Assembly: GCA_041859475.1 (NCBI GenBank)
Contig: JBHEKO010000545.1
Span: forward strand, 1-53,454
Direction: 5' to 3'
Length of the DNA: 53,454 nt
Origin: Candidatus Hydrogenedentales bacterium
Lineage (GTDB): Bacteria; Hydrogenedentota; Hydrogenedentia; Hydrogenedentales; SLHB01
Made by a program: the position numbers and the translations under genes. Below the pieces are notes generated by a model that saw nothing but the letters and a program-made list of their open reading frames with translations, did no database searches and had not been told where the DNA came from. The first letter of the stretch is position 1. Each line of letters opens with the position of its first letter. Below are positions 19,409-27,885 of the stretch, one piece after another.

Positions 19409-20301
19409 CGGAAGAGGCCTCCTCGTCGCATGACCTCAAGCGTCAGGCGCTCGAACGAGGTGTCGCTGGGCGCGAAGATATAACCAATTCCTCGCGCGAG
19501 ACAGAACTTGCGGATGGATTCGCAGAACCCCGCGAGGTTGTCGGTATATCGTTTTACCAGCATGGGGCTGGCGGAGATTTCGACGAAGCCGCCGGTTTCG
19601 CTGTCGACCAGGCGCAAATCGCCCACAATGGGCGGTTCAATCTCGTCGGGCGCGAGCACATGAACGACGTAGCAGTCCGACCCCGATTGCTGGAGTTTGC
19701 GAAGGCCCGGTTCGAAACCCTCGGGGTCCAACAAATCCGAGAATAGAACGGCGACGCCCTTGGCGCGGTTTCGCATGATGTAGGTGTGGGTGGACTGCTC
19801 CAGTTGGGTGGCGCCTTCGGGCGTCACGCTTGAGAGAAATGAGAGGAGCTGGCGCGCCTTCGCTTTGCCCCTGCACGGAGTGAGGCGAACGGAACCTGCC
19901 TGCGAAAAGGCCTCCGCGCTAACGCGGTCGTAGCCGATGAGTCCGACGTAGCCGATGGCGGCGGCGAGCTTGGTGGCAAAGTCGATCTTCGCCGGAGTCC
20001 CGTAGGCCATGGACCGGCTGGCGTCGATGAGGAGATGGACCGTCAGGTCTTCGGTTTCTTGGAAGAGCTTGAGATAGAGGGCGTTGAGGCGGCCGAAGAT
20101 GTTCCAATCGACATGGCGCAAGTCGTCGCCTTGAACGTAGTCGCGGTAGTCCGCGAATTCCACGCTGCTGCCTTTCCGCTTGCTCTTGCGTTCGCCCTTG
20201 GCCAGGCCCAGTTGGACCTTGCGCGCGGATATGGCGAGACGCTCCAGCTTCCGCAGGAAGTCGGGTTCAAGCAAGGTGTCGGCTGTTGTCACATCGGACA
20301 C
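19405..20301 (-). CDS. DUF58 family protein (MoxR-associated, vWA-like)
   Basis: 'GSSVEFADYRDYVQGDDLRHVDWN', 'LYLKLFQE', 'LLIDASRSM' are typical of DUF58. Confidence 0.93.
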   Translation of the reverse strand: MSDVTTADTLLEPDFLRKLERLAISARKVQLGLAKGERKSKRKGSSVEFADYRDYVQGDDLRHVDWNIFGRLNALYLKLFQETEDLTVHLLIDASRSMAYGTPAKIDFATKLAAAIGYVGLIGYDRVSAEAFSQAGSVRLTPCRGKAKARQLLSFLSSVTPEGATQLEQSTHTYIMRNRAKGVAVLFSDLLDPEGFEPGLRKLQQSGSDCYVVHVLAPDEIEPPIVGDLRLVDSETGGFVEISASPMLVKRYTDNLAGFCESIRKFCLARGIGYIFAPSDTSFERLTLEVMRRGGLFR

Positions 20302-20312
20302 GGGTTGATTCC

Positions 20313-21308
20313 TTACGCGACCTTTGCGCTCGTTTCCACCTTGGCCAACAAGTCCGCGACGACGTCATCCGTTGTGACGGCATCGGCTTCGGCTTCAAAA
20401 TTGAGAATGAGGCGATGCCGCAGCGCGGACAACGCGGAAAGACGGATATCTTCGAAGCTGACGTTGTAGCGGCCGGCGCGCAACGCGTTGACCTTTCCGC
20501 TCAACTGAAGGGCCTGTGCGCCGCGCGGGCTGGAGCCGAATCGCACGTACTTGTTGATCATCTCGGTGCTGAACGGGCTGCGCGGCTGCGTGGCAATGAC
20601 GAGCCGGACGGCGTAGTCGGTCACCTGCGGCGCGGACACCACGTCGCGCACGAGCGCTTGCCAGCGTTTGATACTGGCCGCGTCCATGACGGGTTCCCCG
20701 TGGGGGAGGTCGCGTTGGGTCGTGCGTTCGAGGATCGTGGTCAAGTCCTTCTGCGAAGGGGAGGCCACCAGCAATTTGAAGAAGAAACGGTCGAGTTGCG
20801 CCTCGGGCAGCGTATACGTGCCTTCCATCTCGATTGGATTTTGCGTGGCCATCACGAAGAATGGTTCTTCGAGTATGTGGATCTGGCGCGCCACCGACAC
20901 GGTGTGCTCCTGCATCGCTTCGAGCAACGCGGACTGCGTCTTGGGCGTGGCGCGATTGATTTCGTCGGCAAGCACAATGTTCGAGAAGATTGGACCGGGG
21001 CGGAATCGGAACTCGCGCCCGCCTTCGTCACTCTCCGCGATGATGTTGGTGCCGATGATATCGGCAGGCATCAAGTCGGGCGTGAATTGGATGCGCGAGA
21101 ACTGGAGGCTCAAGGCCTCGCTCAGCGTCCGCACGAGCAGGGTCTTTCCCAAGCCCGGCACGCCTTCCAGCAAGCAGTGCCCGCCCGCGAACAGGCAGGT
21201 CAACACACCGTCGATGACGGACTCGCTACCGACGATGACCTTTGCGATTTCGTCGTGCAGTTTTTGGAAATTGTTGCGGAATTCCTCCGCGTCCTTATGC
21301 ACATCCAT
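20313..21308 (-). CDS. moxR: MoxR-family AAA+ ATPase (MoxR-proper type)
   Basis: Walker A GVPGLGKT, 'RIQFTPDLMPADIIG', Walker B LADEINRATPKTQSALLEAMQE, 'ATQNPIEMEGTY.LPEAQLDRF'. Confidence 0.96.
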   Translation of the reverse strand: MDVHKDAEEFRNNFQKLHDEIAKVIVGSESVIDGVLTCLFAGGHCLLEGVPGLGKTLLVRTLSEALSLQFSRIQFTPDLMPADIIGTNIIAESDEGGREFRFRPGPIFSNIVLADEINRATPKTQSALLEAMQEHTVSVARQIHILEEPFFVMATQNPIEMEGTYTLPEAQLDRFFFKLLVASPSQKDLTTILERTTQRDLPHGEPVMDAASIKRWQALVRDVVSAPQVTDYAVRLVIATQPRSPFSTEMINKYVRFGSSPRGAQALQLSGKVNALRAGRYNVSFEDIRLSALSALRHRLILNFEAEADAVTTDDVVADLLAKVETSAKVA

Positions 21309-21370
21309 GCGACCCTCTCCTCTCGGTTTCGGATAGCGCTGTCATTTCAGTCGAGTCTATCGAATGCATT

Positions 21371-24313
21371 CTATTTGTCGTCTTCCTGCTTGCCGCGCCG
21401 CATCCGCTTGTCGAGCGCACGCTCCTTGGCAGCAAGCAGTTGAGTTGTGTAATCGCTTCGCTGTTGCTGCGGTTCCGAGGCCGCGGAAGCATCGGTCCCT
21501 TCCGTGAGCGCATCGCTCGGTACGCCCGCGGGAAGGTCCTGCAAACTCGTTGGCATTGCGCCGCGCACGTGTTCATAGGATAGCGTCGTGGCGGCTTGCG
21601 TTCCCATTCCATACACGCCGGTGAACGGAGCACGTTTGGGTTTTGGCTTCGGGATCAAGCGTTTGATGCCCGGCAGCATACGAAGAAATGCCAGCGCCCA
21701 TCGGAAGACGATCGTGAAGTCGACAACGACTCGGCGCACGAACACATCGAGTGGGAACAGGCACGCGGCAGCCGCGAGCAGGTAGGGCCAAATCGGGGTA
21801 ATCGCGGGCGTGGTCGTCAAGTTGTGTTCGAACGGATTTGCCGTTGGTTCAAGAATGTGGCCGCCGCCCACAGAGGCCAGTTGCTCAAGAAGGGCGATGT
21901 TGGTCGTGTTGTATTCGTACTCTTTCGAGTAGTTCATCGAGAGACCGGTGACCATCATGCCGCGCGACCCGTCTTCGCGCTCGTAGGTCAGGTTGACCAT
22001 GTACGTGCCGGAACCGTCCAGCGGAAACGCACCCTCGTAGATACCGGGGGCCGTTTGGATAAGGCCAAGCTCGCCTCGCGTGAATTGCGGCGGCGGTCCC
22101 GTGACGACGCCCTCGGGGCGAAGGAAATTCACGAAACGGCCTTGGTCGTCCACGGCATCGATTCGCACGTGGCCCTTTCCGTCTTTCACGCGCGTATCCA
22201 CGGAAAAGCTCGCGGGACTGGTCTCGCGCAGGGCCCAGCGCGTGGTTTGCGACCAGAATTGGTTGAATCCTTCCCAGTTGAGCCAATCCGGCGCCCAGCG
22301 GCTGGTCACGTCCGACGTGAACGCCACGGACTTGCCAAGGCCATAGCGCCATTGCGCGAGCACCGGGTCGTCGTCCTGGGAGATCATGGAGACGATGGCG
22401 CTGTCCTTGGGGGTCGTCGCCACATAGCCAAGCAGCGAAGGGAACGCGTCGGGGGCGATACCGCGAAGTATCTCCGAGTCATAAGTGACCTTGGGCACAA
22501 ACGGCTTCTCAACCACGAGCCCGCGCTTCACGACGGCCGCTTCCTTGGTGAAGATCTGAGGCAGCTTGCGCGGATCGGTGACGTAGTAGTAGTTGCCGCC
22601 TGTCTGATACGCGACCCACCGCAGCATGTCCTGGTCGGACTGCTGATGCGGATTGATGCAGATCGTGCTAACGGAGATCGTCGCGTCCGCAAGGTCCTTG
22701 AGCAGGCTTGCTTGGGGGGCGCCGGGGTCGCCGTCGGAGATGACAATGACGCGCTTGACGGAGGCCGTGCAGTCTTTCAGGGCGTCGTAGGCCTGTTTGA
22801 GCGTGGGGGCTACGTCGGGCATGTCGCCGATACGCGTCGTGTTGAGGGCGGCGCGCATGGCCGATTTGTCTCCAACGGGCTGGAGTTCATACAACCACGA
22901 TTCGCCCTGCTCCCAGTCGTAGGCGATTGCGCCCATGAGGTCTTGAGAGGAAAGGACTTCAAGGGCAGACGAGGCAATCGCGCGCGCCCAGGCGTTGCCG
23001 TCCGGGAATTCGCACGTGTGGAGAATCGTCACGAGCGCGTCTTGCGGGAGCACCTTGCGCTGGGTGAGGTCCATGTTGAGAGGGAGCGCGCGCTCGACGG
23101 GCGTTTGGTGATAGCCGCCTGCCCCGAAGGAGTTGGGGCCGCCGATCATCACCAACCCAATCCCCAGGTCGCGAACCATGGCTTCGAGGGCGTTGAGCTG
23201 ATCGGTCGAAAGGTCGGTTGCGCTCACGTTGGACAACACCACGGCATCGAAATTCTGAAACTGGGCAAGCGAAGTCGGCATGCTTCCCAGGTCGCCTTGC
23301 GTGACGTGCACGCCTTCGGCCTGCAACGCGGGCAACAGCCGTTGGCTGTGTTCCCAGTCGGCATCGATGTAGAGCACGCTGGGTTCGCCGTAGACGACGG
23401 AGAACGAGCGGCCCTCGTTATTCGCAAACGTGGTGTCCGACGTGGATTCGACGATGGCCTCGTACTCGTAGAACCCGGGGTTGCTCAGCTCCAATGGAAG
23501 CAGGAAAGCGTTGTCCCCTTTCTGCAAGGTTACCGGGGCCGTTTGCATGAGTTGACGCCCTTCGCGCCCGCGCTGATACAAGCGCAGCGTGGCCTGGCTA
23601 TCCTGATCGGCTTCCACTACGACGCGGAGCTTGAAAGGTTCATCGGCATTCACGCGATTGGGAGACGACACTTCGCGCATGCGCACTTCCGGTTGCTCGC
23701 CGAGCACGATAGGCAGAACGTCGACCGATACGCCCGCCGATTGAGCGAGCTTCGCCTCTTCCAGCGCCGAGCCATACGTCTCGTTGCCATCGCTGAGAAC
23801 GACGATACGGCGCATGTAGCCCTGAGGAAATGCGGCCATGGCAAGCCGAATCGCGGCGGCGATATCCGTTTGTTCGCCGCCCACATAGGATTGCACGGTG
23901 TCGAGTTCCAGGGTCGGCCCCATGCTGAGCTCGATGCTCGGGTTCTCTCCGAACGCGACGATGCCGGCCTCGTCTTTGGTCGTCATGTTGGCTTGGGTCA
24001 TCGTCTTCACCGTCTGTTCCGCGGCCGCGCGCGTGGGTTCGGGGATGCTGTACGAGCGGTCGAGCAGGAAGAAGACGGCAAGCTTGTCGTTAATCTTGAC
24101 CAGCTCGGCCCCGGCGAGCGCGAAGATCATGCAGAGCAGCACGAGACAGCGCAGGACGATGGCCGTCCACTTGCGCGTTGACGACAGCGACCGCAGCTTG
24201 GCTCCAAGCCAGACTGTCCAAGGTAGGAGCAGCAGAAACCCCAAGCCCAGCGGGAACGTGAACCGGATGTACTTGAGGTCGAGTGTGCCCAGGAGGTCGA
24301 TAAGCCAGTTCAC
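21371..24313 (-). CDS. Double-vWA, GATase1-like (DUF1355-type) domain membrane protein
   Basis: GTG start in a GTGA overlap. N-terminal TM pair; vWA1 MIDAS DRSYS; 'FDAVVLSNV...IGLVMIGGPNSFGAGGY' GATase-like; second vWA with degenerate MIDAS; C-terminal TM. Confidence 0.87.
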   Translation of the reverse strand: MNWLIDLLGTLDLKYIRFTFPLGLGFLLLLPWTVWLGAKLRSLSSTRKWTAIVLRCLVLLCMIFALAGAELVKINDKLAVFFLLDRSYSIPEPTRAAAEQTVKTMTQANMTTKDEAGIVAFGENPSIELSMGPTLELDTVQSYVGGEQTDIAAAIRLAMAAFPQGYMRRIVVLSDGNETYGSALEEAKLAQSAGVSVDVLPIVLGEQPEVRMREVSSPNRVNADEPFKLRVVVEADQDSQATLRLYQRGREGRQLMQTAPVTLQKGDNAFLLPLELSNPGFYEYEAIVESTSDTTFANNEGRSFSVVYGEPSVLYIDADWEHSQRLLPALQAEGVHVTQGDLGSMPTSLAQFQNFDAVVLSNVSATDLSTDQLNALEAMVRDLGIGLVMIGGPNSFGAGGYHQTPVERALPLNMDLTQRKVLPQDALVTILHTCEFPDGNAWARAIASSALEVLSSQDLMGAIAYDWEQGESWLYELQPVGDKSAMRAALNTTRIGDMPDVAPTLKQAYDALKDCTASVKRVIVISDGDPGAPQASLLKDLADATISVSTICINPHQQSDQDMLRWVAYQTGGNYYYVTDPRKLPQIFTKEAAVVKRGLVVEKPFVPKVTYDSEILRGIAPDAFPSLLGYVATTPKDSAIVSMISQDDDPVLAQWRYGLGKSVAFTSDVTSRWAPDWLNWEGFNQFWSQTTRWALRETSPASFSVDTRVKDGKGHVRIDAVDDQGRFVNFLRPEGVVTGPPPQFTRGELGLIQTAPGIYEGAFPLDGSGTYMVNLTYEREDGSRGMMVTGLSMNYSKEYEYNTTNIALLEQLASVGGGHILEPTANPFEHNLTTTPAITPIWPYLLAAAACLFPLDVFVRRVVVDFTIVFRWALAFLRMLPGIKRLIPKPKPKRAPFTGVYGMGTQAATTLSYEHVRGAMPTSLQDLPAGVPSDALTEGTDASAASEPQQQRSDYTTQLLAAKERALDKRMRRGKQEDDK

Positions 24314-25263
24314 GCGACCTCCTCCCAGGCAAAGCGCTGAATTCGGTCATTATCGGTATCCGCTACGAACAAGAAACCCTTCGGAGAAATCGCGATTCCG
24401 CGGGGTGCCGCAAACAAGCCCGGTTCGCGCCCTGGTTCTCCAAAGCAAGAACGGAAAGTCCCGTCCAATCCGAAGATAGAAAGACGGTTATTGCCATATT
24501 CGCAGGCCACGAGCGCATCGCCTGGGGCAAGCGCAAGGTCATGGGGAAACTTTAGCCGCCCCGGTTCGGCTCCTGCGCCTCCCATGCTGCGGATAAACTT
24601 GCCGTCTGGGGTGAAGCACTGAATGCGATGGTTGGCCGTATCGCAGACGTAAACGATGTCTTTGGCGAACGCGATGGCCATCGGGCGGGAGAACTCGCCT
24701 GGGTTCTCTCCATGTTTGCCCCATTGGCGCAGGTAGTTGCCCTTGCCGTCGAAGACGTGGACACGCTCCGCGCCAGTCCCGTATTCGGAGATGTAGAGTG
24801 TGCCGTCAGAGCCTTCCGCAATGTCCGTGGGGTAGATGAACTCGTTGTCGCCTGTGCCGGTGGACCCCCATTGGCGCTGCAACTGCCCTTCGGGCGTGTA
24901 CTCGGTGATGTGGCTATAATGGGTATCCGGGATGAGGACACGTCCGTCGTTCGCGAATGTGACGCTCGTGGGCGTGCCGTTTTCCGCTGACGGCATGGAC
25001 CATTTGCGTTTGAATGCGCCGTCGTGGTCGAAGACTTGCACCCTTCCCGTCGTGTCCGCCACATACAACTCGGTCGCGGTTGCGCCCACGGCGCGCGGCC
25101 TTATAAACATGCCCACGCGCGTGCCCGATTGTCCCCACGATAATACGCGACCCTTTGCCCCTCCTGACTGGGCACAGCCATGCACCATGGCAATCGCGGC
25201 GGAAGCAAGAAAGGTTCGGCGAGTCACGCGGATCGGTTCCCTCCGGCTCGGCGTCATCGACAT
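24310..25263 (-). CDS. NHL-repeat beta-propeller, probable Tat-exported lipoprotein
   Basis: Repeated 'F..P..IA....LYV.DT.N.RIQ.F...G.F' units. N-terminus TRRTFL (twin-Arg) followed by hydrophobic stretch and HGC lipobox-like Cys. Confidence 0.9.
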   Translation of the reverse strand: MSMTPSRREPIRVTRRTFLASAAIAMVHGCAQSGGAKGRVLSWGQSGTRVGMFIRPRAVGATATELYVADTTGRVQVFDHDGAFKRKWSMPSAENGTPTSVTFANDGRVLIPDTHYSHITEYTPEGQLQRQWGSTGTGDNEFIYPTDIAEGSDGTLYISEYGTGAERVHVFDGKGNYLRQWGKHGENPGEFSRPMAIAFAKDIVYVCDTANHRIQCFTPDGKFIRSMGGAGAEPGRLKFPHDLALAPGDALVACEYGNNRLSIFGLDGTFRSCFGEPGREPGLFAAPRGIAISPKGFLFVADTDNDRIQRFAWEEVA

Positions 25264-25278
25264 TGAATGAATTATGGC

Positions 25279-26787
25279 TTACTGCTGCGCGGTTGCCGAA
25301 TCCGGTTCGAGCGACCCGAAATACTGGCGCACGTATTCGCGGGCGCCAGGCGGAATCTCTTCCTTCGTCAATGCCTGTTCGGATTGTTGCTGCACTTGCA
25401 CAAGGGCCTCCGTCGAAAAACTCCTCTCGGCGTCCCCCTCTTTTTGCGGTGCGGAACGTTGCATCAAATCGGCGAGGATCTTCCCTTTGGTCATATCTCC
25501 CGGAAGCATGCTCGGGTCATACTGGCCGTCCACGTCCGGAAGCTCTCCGATACTGTTCCCCTGGCCGCGTCCCGGACCGCGCATGCCGAGGCCTTGACCG
25601 TTGCAGGAGGCACACCCCTTGCCATTGCACAATGCGCAGAACTTGGCAAAATCCCCCTTGCACATCTTCGCGCGGCAGTCACCGAACTTGCTCATACAGG
25701 CTTCGAGCTTCTTCATCTGTTCCATCATGGCTTTCAGGTCTTCCATGGACAAATTGAGCTTCTCAAGTTCCTTGAGCGCGTTCTCCATGTCCTTCATGCT
25801 CAGGCCCGAGGCGATGTTTTCCAGGGCCTTGCCCAATTCGGAATTCTGGCCGCCAAGCATCTTCGAGAGCTCTTTCAGCTCCTCCGACAGCTTTGTCTGT
25901 TCGCCCGGCGTCATTTCTCCGGACTTCAGCTTTTCGATCATCTTCTGCGCTTCCGCGGCGGCCTTCTCGAAATTGCCCTTCTGAATGTTCTGGGCCAACT
26001 CCTTGGTCATCTCAAGCCGCGAAGGGTCACCCTTCATCTGCGGTAGCTTGGCCTGATTTGCCATCTGCTCGCGGCGCTCCGCCAACTCGGTCATGACGTT
26101 GCTCAATTTCGCGGTGGCTTGTTTCTCGGTCAATTCGCCGGCTTGCAGTTTCTCCGCGATGCGCTCGACCTCTTCGGCAATCTCCTTCAGATTCTCGTCG
26201 CCCTGGGCCGCGGCCTCCTTCACCGGTTGCGCCGCGACGCGGAGCCGCTCCGCGTGCTCGCGCATGGCCAACTCATTCTGCTTGGCCTGAGCCTCACGGG
26301 CGCGTTGTCCAAAGAGATCGAACTCGGGAAGAAGCAGGTACCCCACGGCGAACAGCATGACGGGAATCGTGAGGTAGCGCATCCGGCGCGGCAGACCAAC
26401 CGGAAAGTCGCGGTGGGGAACAATCTTGCCCAAATAATAGCGCGCGTCGGAATGAACCGCGTCTACCATAGGCGTATGGACGCCGGCCAACTCGAGCGAA
26501 CTGGTCAGGCGTTCCTGAAGTCCCAGACGCTTGTCTGCTTCGACGGCCGACTGCAATTCACTCGGTCGCTTGAGCAACGTGTATACGGTCGCCCACAGGA
26601 TGCCCGCCGCCACAAGAATCGCGCCCACGGGGATCGGGTCGCCGAGCATGGGGAAAAGCCGGGTGATGCTCAGCCAAAGGCAGGCCAGCGAAAAAGTGAG
26701 GAGCATGCCGGTGCTGAGCGAGTTAAGCCATAGTCTCAACGACAGCCGGCGACGTATCGACCGGAGGACAACGGTTAAGGGGTCCAT
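25279..26787 (-). CDS. Hypothetical membrane protein: three TM segments, long coiled coil, Cys/Gly-rich segment
   Basis: 502 aa ORF with SD GGAGG. N-terminal TM pair plus a third TM, heptad-rich region, CALCNGKG-CASCNGQG, and C-terminal 'IPPGAREYVRQYF' of the kind seen in proteins of MoxR-vWA clusters. Confidence 0.82.
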   Translation of the reverse strand: MDPLTVVLRSIRRRLSLRLWLNSLSTGMLLTFSLACLWLSITRLFPMLGDPIPVGAILVAAGILWATVYTLLKRPSELQSAVEADKRLGLQERLTSSLELAGVHTPMVDAVHSDARYYLGKIVPHRDFPVGLPRRMRYLTIPVMLFAVGYLLLPEFDLFGQRAREAQAKQNELAMREHAERLRVAAQPVKEAAAQGDENLKEIAEEVERIAEKLQAGELTEKQATAKLSNVMTELAERREQMANQAKLPQMKGDPSRLEMTKELAQNIQKGNFEKAAAEAQKMIEKLKSGEMTPGEQTKLSEELKELSKMLGGQNSELGKALENIASGLSMKDMENALKELEKLNLSMEDLKAMMEQMKKLEACMSKFGDCRAKMCKGDFAKFCALCNGKGCASCNGQGLGMRGPGRGQGNSIGELPDVDGQYDPSMLPGDMTKGKILADLMQRSAPQKEGDAERSFSTEALVQVQQQSEQALTKEEIPPGAREYVRQYFGSLEPDSATAQQ

Positions 26788-26813
26788 CTCAATTCCTCCA
26801 TCCGATGCCCTAC

Positions 26814-26842
26814 AGTATACGTTCGGTTTGGCACGTGTGCAA
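26814..26842 (-). promoter_or_regulatory. Sigma70-type promoter for the 23-kb operon
   Basis: Minus strand TTGCAC-17 nt-TATACT, with the -10 ending 26 nt upstream of the ATG at 26787. Confidence 0.75.
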
Positions 26843-27423
26843 TTACTCGATGCGCGCTACGACACTATGGAGATCGAGTTGAGTATAACGCAAGCGCTGG
26901 GTCGTTCGCTAAGCACGAAACAAGGTGCGAATCCGTGTGAGGCGACTGCGAATCTCGGGCGGCACCCAATCCATATGCAGATCCCCTCGGGCGTATAAAT
27001 GACAGGTTTCGGCGCGGGCGATCAGCGTGAGTCGATTTGGATAATGAAATAGAAGGATGGCGCGGGGTGCGGAGGGAGAGGCAAAGTGACGAACTGGAGG
27101 AGAAGATCTGTCACTTTTTGCCGGAGCGAGACTTGACCTAAAACCACAGATGTGGCCGTAGTGGCAGGATTTGGATGAAGCGGCACGAATTACACCAAAA
27201 TGGAACTATTGTTTTATTGATAAGCCTGCTAGAATTGATTTTAATAGAAATAAACATTTAGCAGCAAGTGCATACTTTTGCCAAAGGCCCTTTCGGGCTG
27301 CGCTGGACTCAAGGTTTTGGTGTAGAAGAATTGGCAGTTTGACGAACGGCGAAGTCGGCTGGGCTGGCGAAGTGGCACGCGTCGCAGAGAGGGGCAGATT
27401 GGGTCGCTTATGACGCGGAGTGT

Positions 27424-27885
27424 TCAACCGCCCTTGGCGCTGTTGAGCAAAGTCACAACCTCTTCGGGAGTGGTGCAATCGGCAAGACTTTGGCGAAAAC
27501 CGTCCTGCTTCATCGCGGTCATCACCTGGGCAAGCAGGAAAAGATATTCCTTTTGGGATCCCGACGGCATGGCGAACAATACAATGATATTGACGGGCTT
27601 GTCGTCGAGCGTATTGAAATCGATGCCGCTGTGGGAAATGCCCACGCCCACGGTTGCGCGCCGGATGGCGTCGATGCGCACGTGGGGAATGGCGACGCCG
27701 GATCCGATGCCGGTGCTCATGACGGACTCACGTTCGTGGACCGCGCGGCGAAACTCGTCGAGATCGGAGACAGCGCCCGACGAGGCTATGGCATCGACCA
27801 GAAAGTCCAAGGCTTCATGTTTTGAAGCCTGTTCCGGATAGATGCAGACGGCGGACGGGACAATATCCAACCCAAATACGCTCAT
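27424..27885 (-). CDS. Stand-alone PTS EIIA (fructose/mannitol/nitrogen-regulatory type) domain protein
   Basis: 'ERESVMSTGIGSGVAIPH' with the phospho-accepting His; 'GIDFNTLDDKPVNIIVLFA'. Confidence 0.9.
   Translation of the reverse strand: MSVFGLDIVPSAVCIYPEQASKHEALDFLVDAIASSGAVSDLDEFRRAVHERESVMSTGIGSGVAIPHVRIDAIRRATVGVGISHSGIDFNTLDDKPVNIIVLFAMPSGSQKEYLFLLAQVMTAMKQDGFRQSLADCTTPEEVVTLLNSAKGG

Noticed and set aside
21596-24181. 861-aa plus-strand ORF (also 5793-7079 +, 2068-3246 -, 41152-42789 -, 30475-31623 - and many shorter ones)
   Set aside because: They lie fully antisense to well-supported genes and show no motifs; they are the shadow ORFs expected in high-GC DNA with biased codons.
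27080-27122. c-di-GMP-I or other known riboswitch (GGCAAA-containing stem)
   Set aside because: The remaining consensus elements are absent and no co-oriented gene follows.
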